From: Convolutriloba macropyga | Lineage: Eukaryota | DNA: 64,000 bases | Reading direction: 5' to 3' | NCBI RefSeq assembly: GCF_964194025.1 | Contig: NC_134470.1 | Location: 51,274,001 to 51,338,000, forward strand | In this document: in pieces, positions 26,279 through 39,344 of the stretch | How positions within the stretch are numbered: the first letter of the stretch is position 1 | How the letters are laid out: each line of letters begins with the position of its first letter | The notes under the pieces: generated by a model | What the model saw: only the letters and a program-made list of their open reading frames with translations | What the model was told of the DNA's origin: nothing | Database searches by the model: none | Translations under genes and position numbers: made by a program

Positions 26279-27206
26279 AATTGCCCTCAAACGAAGTTTG
26301 TAGCAATTATATTAGTCCTGTGTTTTTTTGTGATCTTTCGCTGGACTGATTTTTTGTATGACCCATTTGACTTTTCGTCCTCAAAAACGGCATAAACAGG
26401 TAGCGCCTGGATGGCATTAAGTGGCCGAGCAGCTTTACATCTTACTAGTATCTAAGTATGCGATTGACCGAAAATTTTTAAAGACAGTTTTGTAGTGTAA
26501 AGTGAAGGGCGGTTCTTAATGAATTGTGTGCGTGACTTCACTCTGATTGTGGCCAAATTATTGTTGGTGTGAGTCAATAAATTTGTGGTCATACGAATTG
26601 AATCATTCTCAATTTTTCTCGGTAATTGAATTTTTCTGATTTTTTTGGAAATAATAGCAGCTCGCTATATGCTTCTCTAATATATGGTTATTTGAAGGTA
26701 GCTATTAGAGACAGCACATTTATACGGTTTCTAAAAATACGACATCTCGTTAATTAAAAAAAACTAAATTTCTCTTCAGTTTATCTTTTTCATTGCCTTT
26801 TTGAGATTCCTTTTTTTGAAGCTATAGCACCTGTTTTTTGTCTTAATTTTCCAGCTTTTGTTCCTTTGTTTTGCGATTTTTCATACTACCGACTTTTCGT
26901 CTGATAGTTTTTTTCTCGTCTGACTATTTGCCTTTGTGTCCTCAAAAACAGTATAAAGAGGCAGAGCTTTAATACTCTCTCTAAATGTGTACCGATTACC
27001 GAAACTTAAGAAGACTAATATCATGGTGTGAGGTGCATTTTTGTTGGTTTAGAGCCCCCACTCCGCTCACCTGTGCCTTCAATTAAACCTTCCTCCCCAC
27101 AATGCACGCAACCTGTCGACTCCTTCTCACTCTCTGTTTAAGATAGCCGTCGTAAGCTCCAAATACTGCCGAATCCAACCACTTGCCAGGTGTTTGAGTG
27201 CAATTC
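26279..27206 (+). mobile_element. HINE-like family A, diverged and expanded copy
   Basis: 5' aattgccctcaaacgaagtttgtagcaatt, family core to ~26520, 3' gtttgagtgcaatt. Confidence 0.6.
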
Positions 27207-27633
27207 TTTGGTACAAGTCTTTTCTCTGTCGTGTGATAAACTTTCTGACCATACACAACTTAAGTCTCTAAAAAAGAAAGTGAACTATCATATATTTACA
27301 AGTTCCCGAACTTGATTGTTATGAGGCTCTGACAATTGGAAGATATCAGAATTTCAGATATGATTAGAAAATATTAAGTCTGAATAACGACAGAGTTTGT
27401 TTTTGAATAACACTTTGTTGTTTTTCAGTGGTCTTTTCGAGCTACGGGTCCGAACAATCTCTGGCGGCATGCAGGCCATTTTGTAATGCAGGCCATTCAA
27501 ATATAATTATGCGAATGGAGACCGAAGCGTATATGGGTTTTGTTGTCCGACAGTGTTTGGTGAATTCACGTGATGAAACAATTTCTCCGTTAATTTTATT
27601 CATTTTCCTATATTTTACTTGAGACGGACTCAT

Positions 27634-28391
27634 TAATTGCTCTCGAAAACAAAGATGGAATCAATTATTGTAAAAGTGTAAAAATTTATGCTAAACCGTT
27701 TTTAACATTCTTTCGATTCCATTTCTCGAGTGACTATCTCACGATTGATTTATTGACTTTGCCGTGACCTAAATTGCTCTTATTCAGAAATTAAGTATGT
27801 TGCTAAAAGAAAAGAGATTGTAATGTAAGCTAGCATAAGGCCCTGATAGCATAGTGGTTTCAGTCTATTACTCCTTAGATATAAAATGTGTTTATGATGT
27901 ACAAAATTGAAGATGTACAAGATCCCTTCAATGATCTGTGCAGTTTCTCGAGGTTTTTTAGTGATAACTGTCCGTAGCTAAGGAAAAGAAGTACTCCTTG
28001 AAAGTGTCTGGTGACAGAATAAATCTATTTTAAAAGTTTTACTGTTATTCGAGGGCATAATAAACATCGATTAAAAACGATAAATTGTTTTACACTACCG
28101 TGAAATATCTTGTTTGTGGAATGTGTGACTCATTGTGAGCAAAATTCTCAACGATTTCGTGGATTAAATAAACTCAACCAATATAGTGCCTTTTTATATC
28201 AAGGTTTTTCGTCAATCATTGGAATTCAATGTCTTTTTATTCCATTCATTCATTCACTCTTGTCTGGATCAGAATCGCTTGCACTCAATTGTGCCAGCTA
28301 CTCGAAGGCATATCACTGAAACAGACTACAATAGATTGGAGCTCCCACTTGTCGTCTGAGAGCAATTATTCCGACGGTAGTCGGTTATGTT
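27634..28391 (+). mobile_element. HINE-like family A variant with an unrelated interior
   Basis: 5' taattgctctcg…caatt; 3' gtcgtctgagagcaatt, perfect hairpin ccgac-ggta-gtcgg, ttatgtt. Confidence 0.6.
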
Positions 28392-29099
28392 GTAATATCC
28401 TAATCTAGGACGTCAGTAGCTTGAAAAGTAGACGTCAGTAGCAGTGTCAATCGGTTGTTTGGCTCTTGAAATAGAATGATTTTTATTTACATACAATTAC
28501 TCGACAAAATTATCTCCTCTCAATTTGGGTGAATTATTGAATGGTTTTACTGGTAGTATTGCAGCATGCGCAAAGAAGATAATTTAAAATCTCAGCTCGA
28601 GTTGAAAATTTGGTTAATATAAATTATACTCAATATACAATGTCTTAGCAGTTGTTTGGGGACACCAAAGTTCTGTACTTGCGTGGTGTATTTGTTCACT
28701 TCGCAACGATAAGCGAATTGTGGAACTGCTAAAATTGAAGGCAGCCAAAGCGAGGCACTTGACTATATTTTTACGTTTTTCTGATTATCCGTGGAATCAA
28801 ACTTGTCTGCCAATAAGCGGGGCGCGTTTCGAGATCAGAAAACCTCAAGATCAAATAAGTGTGGCATACGATGAATCGGTGTTAGCTTCACCGGATTTGG
28901 TCTGCTTAATTACTCTTAAGTTTTAGCTAATGTTTTTCGCTGTACTTGGTAGCGATTTTTTTTAAGAACGAAACATTTAATTGACGATTAACTTGGTTAA
29001 CATAACGGTGGTTATCAATACAATAGATCAACAGTTTATGAATTCTTTTGATTTTTCCACATGTAAAATGTTTGTTTTTATTATCCCCACTTTGGTCAG

Positions 29100-31135
29100 T
29101 TAAGAATAAAAATAGTAGAACTGCACATTAATAAGGCTCCCGTTTGCTGCAATCGTTTTGGCGGCTCGTCATAAAAGGACCAATCTGGACTCTTCTGATT
29201 CTGAATTGGTAAATAAATCTGGCCAAAAAGAGCGAGTCAAAATCATTGAGGCAGACCTCTTGATCATATCTGTCGACCATGATTGCAACAGTAATGGATC
29301 AAGCATCTCCCCTCCGATCAGTCGAGCACCCAAAAAGCAAAATAGTCACCTAGGGAGACCGTGCCAACAACATTGCCGCTAATTCCCGAATAGCAGTGAT
29401 TGACAAGGATTGCATGAGTTTACAGAAAGCTACAGACAACCCCTGCGCTTGGAAAGAACTCTTGTCACTTAACACAGCCAACCGCTTGAGTGTTTTTTTT
29501 TATGATTGCCGATATTCCGCCAAGGACTTCAATTGCAAGCAGAACAAATGTGATTCCATTTTTGCGCAGTTATCGTCGTGGAGGCAATATTTTCGTTCAT
29601 CTGCCGCATCAAGCGCGTATCCTGCCTTTGTAGCCGCATTAGTGAGAGAGTTGGATTGCAGAGACGAAGTAACGGTTACATCAAATGCAGCAGGTTTCCA
29701 CGCTTTCCAAGTTGGGACAAAGATGTCTCCGGGGCGTGATTGGCTTTCTGGAATGAGGTTTTTTCCACTACTGGTGAGAGATTCGCAGATGAGCAAACAG
29801 ACACTATTTTATCTAGAGTCCGGTCATGTCTTGCAATTGCGTCTCCTCGACCGTGACACGCAATGGCATGATCCCCATAGATGTCAAGAACTCGTTCATT
29901 ACAGAACGGGCACTTCCTTTCGACGTCGTAGACAGGGACACCCAACCTGTACTTTGCACTTCCTAAACTCATTTGGTACCATATGAAGCCCAAGAGCTGG
30001 AATGGGTGGAGCAGACAACCAAGCTCCTGCATGTCGAACAGACAATGAGAGAAGTCGGGCCGATGCTCTCTCACAAGCTAGATTCTTTGAGACCATGAAA
30101 TTTTTCATTATCAAGAGCTTGTTGGATCGTCTTTTGCGAAAAGTTTGAAATGTCCAGTTGTGCTATACTAGAATAAGGATCCTGAAAAACTGGTCAGTTT
30201 TTTGGGCTTTCACCGGTTATTTTTATAACAAGATCCTCAGATGAGAGAACAGAACCAACGTATGATGCTTTATACTGGTCTTGACATTGGCGAACACCCA
30301 ACCCTGATAGGGTTATGGGCAGGGTTGCTTGAGTCCAGGATTCTTCTGGAAGAACAGTTCCAAGGATATTCAAGTTTCTCGCGCTGTTGGGCATCAAATT
30401 CTTTTAGGGATTTAATAACTGAACTTGTGGGCGTTTGACAACGAACAGAATACACCATTTTGGGGGGACCAATGCAGTGGCGTAGGATACTTAGTGCGCA
30501 CTGAGGGTGATCAAGGTAGTCCAACTTTTCAAAAAGTACCCTTTTTTTCCCTATTATTTCGTTAGGTTTCATGTAGACAAAATCTGGGGTTCCTAACGCA
30601 GCTCCAAGAACCTCAAGGCCCAAAATATCATTTCGTTTTATTCTTATATCCAGTCCGTCTAAATCTACCGTGGACCACAGTTCGCACTTATCGACCCTGA
30701 CGTGGAGGCCGCGAGCTCGCATAGACGATTCCAAGATCTAATGAGATCGTCCTCTGAGCCCACCACGACACCATCATCTAGATACCAGGATTGTTGTTGA
30801 AGCTCTGGGGAAGATTCCTGAATTTTCTCTATAATGGGCCAGAGCGTCAGAGAAAAAAGCAAAGGGCCCAATGGGTCGCCTTGTTGGATACCGCTTTCAC
30901 TGCTAACACCAATTTTGTCATAAAATAATTGGCTTTGTTGTGAATAAAAGCGGCAATGCCAGGCATTGAATGGGCAACGGCTTTCAGCGTTTCACAGCGT
31001 TTTATCGAAGTGAATGCATTGCAAAAATCAATTTGCAAAATACCCGAGGAACTGGATGAGGTGAGTATACCGCTATTAGAAATGAGATTCGAATTCACCA
31101 AATTTGATTTGGAAAGGGCACTTGATAACCGTTTT
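29100..31135 (-). mobile_element. 5'-truncated, frameshifted non-LTR retrotransposon, CRE-clade-like (RT + Cys/His finger + restriction-like endonuclease)
   Basis: Minus-strand fragments in several frames: QIDFCNAF, GIQQGDPLGPLLFSL, WYLDDG (RT); CPFC…DIYGDHAIAC…RHD; RPGDIF…AAFDVTV…ERK (REL endonuclease); C-terminus …QSLSITAIRELAAMLLARSP* ending at 29350, then a ~250-bp 3' UTR. Confidence 0.88.
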
Positions 31136-31607
31136 TAGATTAAACACTTATTCGATCGGTTAAACACTTATTCGATTAGTTGTAAAATCGAATAAAAAAT
31201 TGATCTGTAAGAGCTCTCAAACTTTATTTTCGCTTGTGATCTTGATATCAGTTCTCTGTTGGTAACCGTTTTCTCTAGCCGCTAATTTCTGGCATATTCT
31301 CTTGCGTTCTGTTGATGCAGTTGTGAATTTTGTGTCTTCTCAGTCTATGGTATTGTTGCTTTTAATTTGAAATATGCGGTTTTTTACAAATATATTGGGA
31401 AAATTTTTTGAAAGCGTTGGTCGGCAAAAACAAAAATTGTTGATTAAGTTTGGCCATGTATATATGCGGAATACGCAATCAATTTCAATCTAATTCCACG
31501 AAATTATCATTTTAGAACTTTTAGCTACTGTTTCGAAACGAATTCTAAACTGCCTCTGGTCTTGGTAGCTCTTGTATTGTCGTTCATTTTATTTTCAGGT
31601 CTTTAGC

Positions 31608-32199
31608 ATGGCCTACAAAAAGTCGTTGCAACAGGGCTTAACGGGCATCGAGGCTGCAGTTGGTGGTCTCAAACAAGTATTCACACAACAGAATGAAATG
31701 TTTGACGAATTTGTGAATGACAGTATATCCCTGAATACAGATTTATTAGACTTTGTAAAGAAACGTGCGGAACTGCAGATAGAATACGGCAAGAGTTTAC
31801 AGAACTTATGCGACAGACAATTGAAGAAATATCAGAATCTTTTTGAACGTCAGCGGCGTTCTAATAAATGCAATAGTTCTATGTTTGGATGCTTTTATCA
31901 GTTATTGGCGAGTTCAAGGTTCGAAGCTTCGGATCTGATTGGTTTATCTCAAATGACAACCGATATCAGCGTCCCTTTAATAGAACACGCGCTGGGAGAT
32001 CTCAAAGTTAATCACTCTTCATTCAAGAAAGTGCTCTGTGATACCCAAAATGAACTGACAGGGCAAAGCGGTGATTTGGTGCTGAACATCAAAGACTACA
32101 ATGGCCAGTTCGCAGCCTTTAAAGAGAGTCAGTCCAAATTGGACACTGTCAAGAGTGACATGTCAAAATTACGTAATAGTTTGGAGAGCAAAGGAAAAG
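31608..32199 (+). CDS. SRGAP: srGAP/SRGP-1-like protein, coding exon 1 (N-terminal F-BAR/FCH domain)
   Basis: Acceptor ttttcag at 31598, ATG at 31608; FCH motif DLLDFVKKRAELQIEYGKSLQNL; donor AAG|gtatgt at 32200 (phase 1). Confidence 0.88.
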
Positions 32200-33169
32200 G
32201 TATGTAATTTAGCTGAGTCTATTTGAACGCAAATTGGGTCACCATGTCAAACTGGTGGTCTTAATTTGAGTGAAAAGAAGCACAAATTTTATTGCATGCA
32301 AATTTTTGAATGCGTACTTGTGGAGATGAGATCTTTCTTAAAAGAACTAAAAAAAACTTTCACAATTTGTCGAGGTAAAGTTAATGCGACGGTTAATTAA
32401 AATTTCCAAAGTTTCTGTAGTAACAGTTCTAAAACAACAAAATGATGAAACGATTTGAATAAACCTTTACATTTTCCACGTAGAATGCTCACATATTTTG
32501 AAAAATAGGTGATGGAAACATAGCTGCATGAGTCCAGATAGGGCTGCTTTAATGATACCTTAAAATAACTTACTAATCAAAAGATCCTGTAGAATTTTTC
32601 GCAAAAGAATTTTCGGCAAAAGAATTTTTCGCAAAAGAAATTTTGCAGAGAAACTAGAAGAAATTTTGAAGTAGATTTCACACTGTCATAAAAATGAAAA
32701 AATGTTATAATTTTCCAACTAACAAGATTACTACTCTTGAGGAGACGGTTCATAGATTTTCTCAACACTGAAAATCAATCAAAGACTAGAGTTTTTGAAA
32801 TTTTTCACGTCAAAAAACGTGACAAACAATTTTTGAAGCGTGATCATATCAGATACCGCATGGGAAAATTGATTATGTTAATCTGCTTTCTATGAAAAAT
32901 TGTTGTATTTTGTGTGTACTTTTTGTGTATTTTTTGAGGAAGAGATCAGACTTCGAGGACTAATTTTTCAAAAAAAACTTTTTTTTTATTTTTGAAAATA
33001 TCATGGAAACTATCATGGAAAATATCATGGAAAAATTTTTTTTCTTTTCGAAATATCATGGAAACGAGACTAAATTGGCCACCAACTTTTAAGATCTGCG
33101 ATATTTGAAGAAATATGACCTCTAAATGATTTGGCAGGTAATTGCGGGATAAACAGTACCTTACGTTTT

Positions 33170-33586
33170 TAATTGTTCTCAAACGAATTTTGTAGCAATT
33201 ATATTTGTCCTGTGGTCTTTCTTATGCGATTTTTCGCTTGACCGATTTTCGTCTGAACCTTTTGACTTTTCGTCCTAAAAACGGGATCAACAGGTAGAGA
33301 CCGGAGGTCATTAAGTGGCTGTGAGCAGCTCTCTTAGAGCCTTACGCGTTACTAGTTTCTAATTATGCGTTTCAATTAAACTGTTTTGAGAGAATTCCAT
33401 GGTGTGAAGGGCGGTTCTTAACCTAACAAAATTGACTATCTTGAGTCACCCCCTCTTGTACAGCCCTCCCAACAATCCGACCCATCGCTTGACCCCCCCC
33501 CCCTCGCCACCCACTCCGCTGACCCTAACTAGCGTAGTCAACTGGAGGTTTGAGAGCAATTTGTCCGACGATTGGGGGTTATGTTT
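33170..33586 (+). mobile_element. HINE-like family A (complete)
   Basis: aattgttctcaaacga…gtttgagagcaatt, decayed hairpin, ttatgttt; family core and C-rich tract. Confidence 0.8.
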
Positions 33587-34094
33587 AAGGTGTCATTTAC
33601 TTGTGATTAATTGCTATTTTAAAAGCATAATCCAAAATATTGAGTTGAAAATCGGTCTCTATTGAGCAAAAAATTTCTTGCATGCGAATGGTTGATGAAG
33701 TATAACAACTCTTTAGTTTCACAACTACCACAAAAATTTATTATACTGGCTTCAGAAATGATCTTAATTCGAAATAAGTGTGATGACAAAAATCGACCAC
33801 ATGTCGAAAATAAAGGTTTTGTTGAACTTACGTAACTTTTTTTAAAAAAATTCAAAATGTTACTGAAGCCTTATAAACGGAAAATTGAGTTTGCTTTTTC
33901 TAACTGGATTTTTTCGAAGGCAGCCGTTTATGCTGATGAGAATAGCACATAGCGTAATTGGCTTTCCATGGGAAAGGTCTGATAAATGCAGTTTTCGGAT
34001 TAAATTGCCTAGAGCAATGCTTGACACAAGGGGTATTGCTCTTGAGATGGGAAGTGGGGCGCCTTTTACGTTATGGCTCCAGAAAAGTTTTATT

Positions 34095-37000
34095 TAATTG
34101 TTCCGACCCACTTCAGTGGGGGAGGAACTATATACTCAAATGGGTTTTTTTGTTCAGTCAATTTTCGCCGATCGATATATTCATCGTAGAGAGTTGTGAT
34201 CATTAAGAAGCCCGGCCAGCGTAGAATATGGAATTAAAAAGATTTTCTCGATTTTTGCTTTTTCAAGGGAGTTATCGAGGTTTAAAATTTCGTGAAAATT
34301 AGACGTATTTCAGCCGTTTTTATTCACATTTTCGGAATTTTTGACCTAATTTTTGTAAATTTTGCTAAAATTTGTTCAAACTATTAACTGTAGTGTTATT
34401 AATTTTATCTCTAAATGTAGAGGAGAGTTGCTGAATTGTTAAATCCGAGTTCTGTGGCTGAAATTTTTGCTAAATTTTTCAAAATTCAAATTTTTAGGGA
34501 CCAAATTTGCTTTTTTAGCCGACTTGCTTTAAATTTGCTGAAAGCAGATACGTTAAAACTGCGGCCATATTCTTTTTAAAATGACACACGAGCTAGTCGT
34601 ACACCCACTGGCTTTGAGTGTCCTCTGGAGTTATAATCTTGCCAGTTTTTTGCAAATTTAAACTCAATAAATATATAAAACGCATTTTTATTTTTGACAA
34701 ACTGAAAAATGTTGTTAATGAATTGATCTGTTTTGCAACCGTTTGATCAAATGAGTATTTTTTTAGACGAGCATCGAACTCTGTGCTGATCTTGTTATCG
34801 CCATCGATCCTTACGATAAAAATTTTTTTAATGGGGCGCGACTTTTTTTTTTCAAAATATTTCCGCTTTGTAAGTTTTTTATATAAACTTTTTTTACTTA
34901 GAAGAATTTCAAGTCTGGGCTCAATTAATGAGATACTAATTACAATAAACGAAGCCAAACGAGATTATAGAACAGTTTCAGAGTTAAGGGCGTGGTTTCT
35001 ATGGCTCTGACCAATTGTTTTTGTAAAAAAAATTTCTGTACTTCTGGTTTTGCTTTCATTTGTTATCTTTTTGTAGCCCGATGACTTATTGTCCCCAGTC
35101 AAAGATCCAGTTATTTTTCGGGAGGTATAAATAAAACTTGACACTTCTTTCAGTTGTTATCTAATGTCTGTTATGACTTTGAATATATTTGTTTTAGTTA
35201 AACATCGGTCAACTTTTGAACTTTGCAACTATTTGATCTTATTTCTCTCAACTTCGGGCGCAGTCTCAGTCAAAGCAGGCAGAATCCTATTTCCTCTATT
35301 TCCTGTGGGTTATAAGCTAATGATCGTAAAGGTTTTATGTTCAACTAATGGTCTAATTGTTTTGATACTACGCCTTTTCAATATTTTTTTTTTATTTTTG
35401 AGCATAACAGCATATTTTATGAGTTCACCCTTGCTTCCTTATCGAATTATCGCATTATTGACAAATGCAATTGAAGGAAATCATAATAAAGAAAATGCAG
35501 AGCGCTGAAAAAAGGCGTACCTGAACATTTAATTGTTTTTATATAGTTTATGCTTTTTGGGCTGAGACAGTTATCTCGCAAAATTTTATGGATTTTGTTT
35601 GTTTTTGCCTATGTTGGTCTTTCTTTTGGTTGTTATGCGCCAAATATCTAATAAAGATAGGTCTCAATTGTTTTGACAGGAGGTTTAGTTCAACCTAGTT
35701 AATGACTTCAGACTTTTTTGGGACCAATTTTGCTTTTTTTAGCCAACTTGCTTTAAATTTGCTGGAAGCAGATACGCTAAAACTGCGGCCATATTCCTTT
35801 TAAGCTGACAAACGAGATATTTGTACACCCACTGGCTTTGAGAGTCTTCTTTAGTTATAATCATGCCAGTTTTTCGCAAATTTAAACTCAATAAATATGT
35901 AAAATGCTTTTTCGTTCGAAAAAACTGATAAAATTTGTTAAGGAATTGATCTGTTTTGCAACCATTTGAACAAATGAGTAATTTTTTAGACGTGCAGCAA
36001 CCACTGGGTTGATCTTGATATTGCTATCGATCCTTACGATAAAGAGTTTTTTAGATTTTAATGGGGCGCAACTTTTTTTCAAAATATTTCCGCTATGTAA
36101 ATGTTTTTATATAAATTTTTTTTACTTACAAGAATTTCAAATCTGGGCTAAGTCAATGACAGATACTATTTACAATAAACAAGGCCCAACGAGATTATAT
36201 AACAGTTTCAGAGTTAAGGGCGTGGTTTCTATGGCTCTGACCAATTGTTTCAAAAATAATTTTCGGTAATTCTGGTTCTGCTTTCATTTGTTATCTTTTT
36301 GTAGCCCGATGACTTTGTAGCCCGGTGTCCCAAGTCAACGATCCAGTTATTTTTCAGGCGGTACAAAAATTTAAAAATTTGACACCTCTTACAGTTGTTA
36401 TCTAACGTTTGTTATGACTTTGAATATATTTGTTTTAAGAAAACTTCGGTCAACGTTTGAACTTTGCAACTATTTTCTTATTTTTCTCAACTTCGGGCGC
36501 AGTCTCAGTATAAACAGGCAGAATCATATTTCCTCTATTTCCTGTGGGTTATAAATTAATGTACGTAACGGTTTTATATTCAACCAGTGGCCTAATTGTT
36601 TTGATACTACGCCTTTTCAATATTTTTTTTATTTTTGATCATAACTGCATATTTTATGAGTTCATCTTTTGTTTCCTTGTCGAATTATCGCATAATTGAC
36701 ATATACAATTGAAGGAAAACATATTAGGGAAGATGCACAGGGCTGGATAAAGGCGTATCTGAATATTTAATTGTTTTTGTTATATAGTTTATGCTTTTTT
36801 GGGCTGATACTCAGTTATATCGCAAATTTTTATTGATTTATTTTTGTTTTTGCCTATGTTGGTCTTTCTTTTGGTTGTTTTACGCCATACATACAATAAC
36901 GATAGGTCTCAATTGCTTACCCAGGGCGTTTAACTCAACCTAGTTGAAAATTTCGGTCTTTAGCTGTTTGTTTTTATGACTTCAAAATGGAAAAAAATGA

Positions 37001-38258
37001 TTTTTTTTTCAACTGTGTCCTTTTTGCTTTCATTTTTGTAACCATGCAACTCAATATGACTAATTCGAGGTCTCAAATATTGTTGTTGATTTGAACATTT
37101 TATTGCCCTTGGTTATACGTTGTGACTGATTGCTTCGACAAATAATTTCATAAAAGTTTTTGAGATTTCTATACTCTTCAAATTCTGGGTTTCTTTTTGT
37201 TGTCATGTCTACGTAATGCTTTTAGAAGGCAGACTCTTTGATGTTAAAATGAGGAGAAAGTGACAATTTACAGGTCTTACAGGTGACAGCTTATATTTAT
37301 AGTGCCTTGAACGGTGTGATATCGTAAAATTGTTTGAAGTTTTTGCTTTTTTATTTTGTTATTTTGTGGTGTCGTGACGTAATTTCAATTTTAACGGGCC
37401 CAACTGGCTTCCTGAAGTATTGCAATTTAATCCATCGCTGTTTGTTGAAATATTAAGTATTTTATGACTTTTGAAAATATCTGTTTTCAAAAACATAATT
37501 GGGTTTTTGAACGTCGTCATTTTTTTAATTAAACTTTCGGCGATTCGTAGCTCAGTCTGTGTAAACACAGGTCACAACCCGTTTCCAGTGAACTATTATT
37601 TAACCGCTATAACGGTTTTAACTTCAGACATTTGTTTTTAGGCTTTGTTACTGCTGTTACTACGAGATTTTTAAAAAAATTAATTGAGATTTTTTGCATT
37701 TGTACATTTTACAGGATTTTTGTTTTCTTTTTAATTTGCAACAATAATCGTAGATCCCACTGGCTTTGAAATTTTGCGCAATTGAGAATTGGATAGTGAC
37801 AGGTCTCAATTGCTTCCTATGGACATATAAATGAAGATTTCAGAATTTTCAGTGAAATTATTTTTTTTCAAAAATAGAAACTTATTTTTGAACTTCGCAC
37901 CTCTTTGCTCTTTTTTGTCGACCTATTAACAGTCGCATTGAGGACAGGACCCATATTTTTTTTTTATTGATTTATAGGTTTAATTGTTTCGTTTGCTTTC
38001 TATCTGACGCGAGTTTGATTTTGTTGTGATTTTATTTATTATAGAAATCGAGATTTGGTCGTGAATAATTTTTCTTCTTGATATTTTTATTGTCCTTTCT
38101 AGTAATGATATTATCAACAACGTTCATCGGCCCTCTAGGGTGGCATTTTTGTACTCGATTATTATCTCTTCATCATTTGGAAGCTAATTAAGTCAAGAAT
38201 GTGGATGAGCGGGGTCGGAACCTTATGTGCGTACGCACATTACCGAGCCTCCTTGTTT
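34095..38258 (+). mobile_element. Long HINE/DINE-1-like element, family C (~4.2 kb)
   Basis: 5' taattgttccgacccac…ggaac; 3' gcggggtcggaac, palindrome atgtgcgtacgcacat, then gagcctccttgtttt (DINE-1-style CTTGTT end). An opposite-strand relative lies at 56155-58902 and an isolated 3' end at ~14460-14525. Confidence 0.7.
34495..36945 (+). repeat. ~1.22-kb direct tandem duplication inside the family C element
   Basis: 34495-35700 is colinear with 35717-36945 (e.g. aacagtttcagagttaagggcgtggtttctatggctctgaccaattgttt at ~34971 and ~36201). Confidence 0.92.
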
Positions 38259-39344
38259 TTTTAGGATACGATTAATCTTTTTTGTCGTGTTATAAGATAT
38301 AAGATATTTTTAATGCTTCATATTTGTATTATTGCTTCATAACTACAGTACAACTTGTTTTCGACCCGATATCGGGAAATCTAGCTGCTTAATATCTTTA
38401 CCGAGTCGTAATGGAATTTTTTAGGTCTCGTATATTATTGATTTTTTAGGGATTTGAAGCAGCTGCTTGCGAACATTAGTTAAAACGCTGTAAAAATATT
38501 ATGGGTTATAAAGTTCAATGCTGCTTCCTCTGAGATATTAGTTCTGATCATGGAGATCTGAGGATAGGTTGTTTGGTGTAGCTTACTTATTTCGCAATAA
38601 TATTAGTTAACTAATTGTTTTTCTTGCTCATGATTAAGTTTTTCCAAAACCCTATAAGCGAACATTTGGAACAGTGATGTACTTGGCTATGATGCACTGC
38701 GCAAATCTGTTTCGAGATAATAATCTTGTTTTTTAAAAAAAGTAAAATGCTTGGTAATGCGCGTTTGCACATAATGGTCCACCGACCGCTCTCATCTACA
38801 ACTTTCCCCACCAAAAAAGTTCTTTTCATTATTTGACTTAACTGAACTATAGGTGTGGATCTTGAGTTCCAGGAGAACTTTAAGAGATAAACATCAAGAT
38901 TGTGTCGTAAGCAGTTCACTATTTCGTTAGCATGCTAAGCAAACTTTAAAAGGTCAGTAAAATGTTTACCTTATGAGTGAAAATTTCAATAGCCACAGAA
39001 CTTTTTTTTTACTTTGATGCAATTGCAATGAATCGAAAGCGAAATAGCGGTTCTAAAAAATAAATATCATAAAATATGTTCCTCTCCGTTAATTCATCTT
39101 CGGTATTGAGATAAACATCTGATTAGTTGCTCTTGAACGAAGTACATAGCAATTAGTGTAAACGTGTTGGTCTTTTTTATGCAATTTTTTTGCTTGACCA
39201 TTTTGCGCTTTTCTAGAACTTTCTTTGACTTCTCAAGTGACTTTTTCTAGCTTTCTTTCTTGAAAATTTTATACAAATAGGAAAAATATAGACAGATTTT
39301 GCTGTTCGCGATTCAGCAATTTTTTTCAAGTTTTTAATGTTAAA

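Noticed and set aside
29396-29986. 196-aa plus-strand ORF
   Set aside because: Antisense shadow of the CRE-like element's coding strand.
31141-31176. Target-site duplication of the CRE-like element
   Set aside because: Both 16-bp copies are on the same side of the element; no matching copy was seen near 29100.
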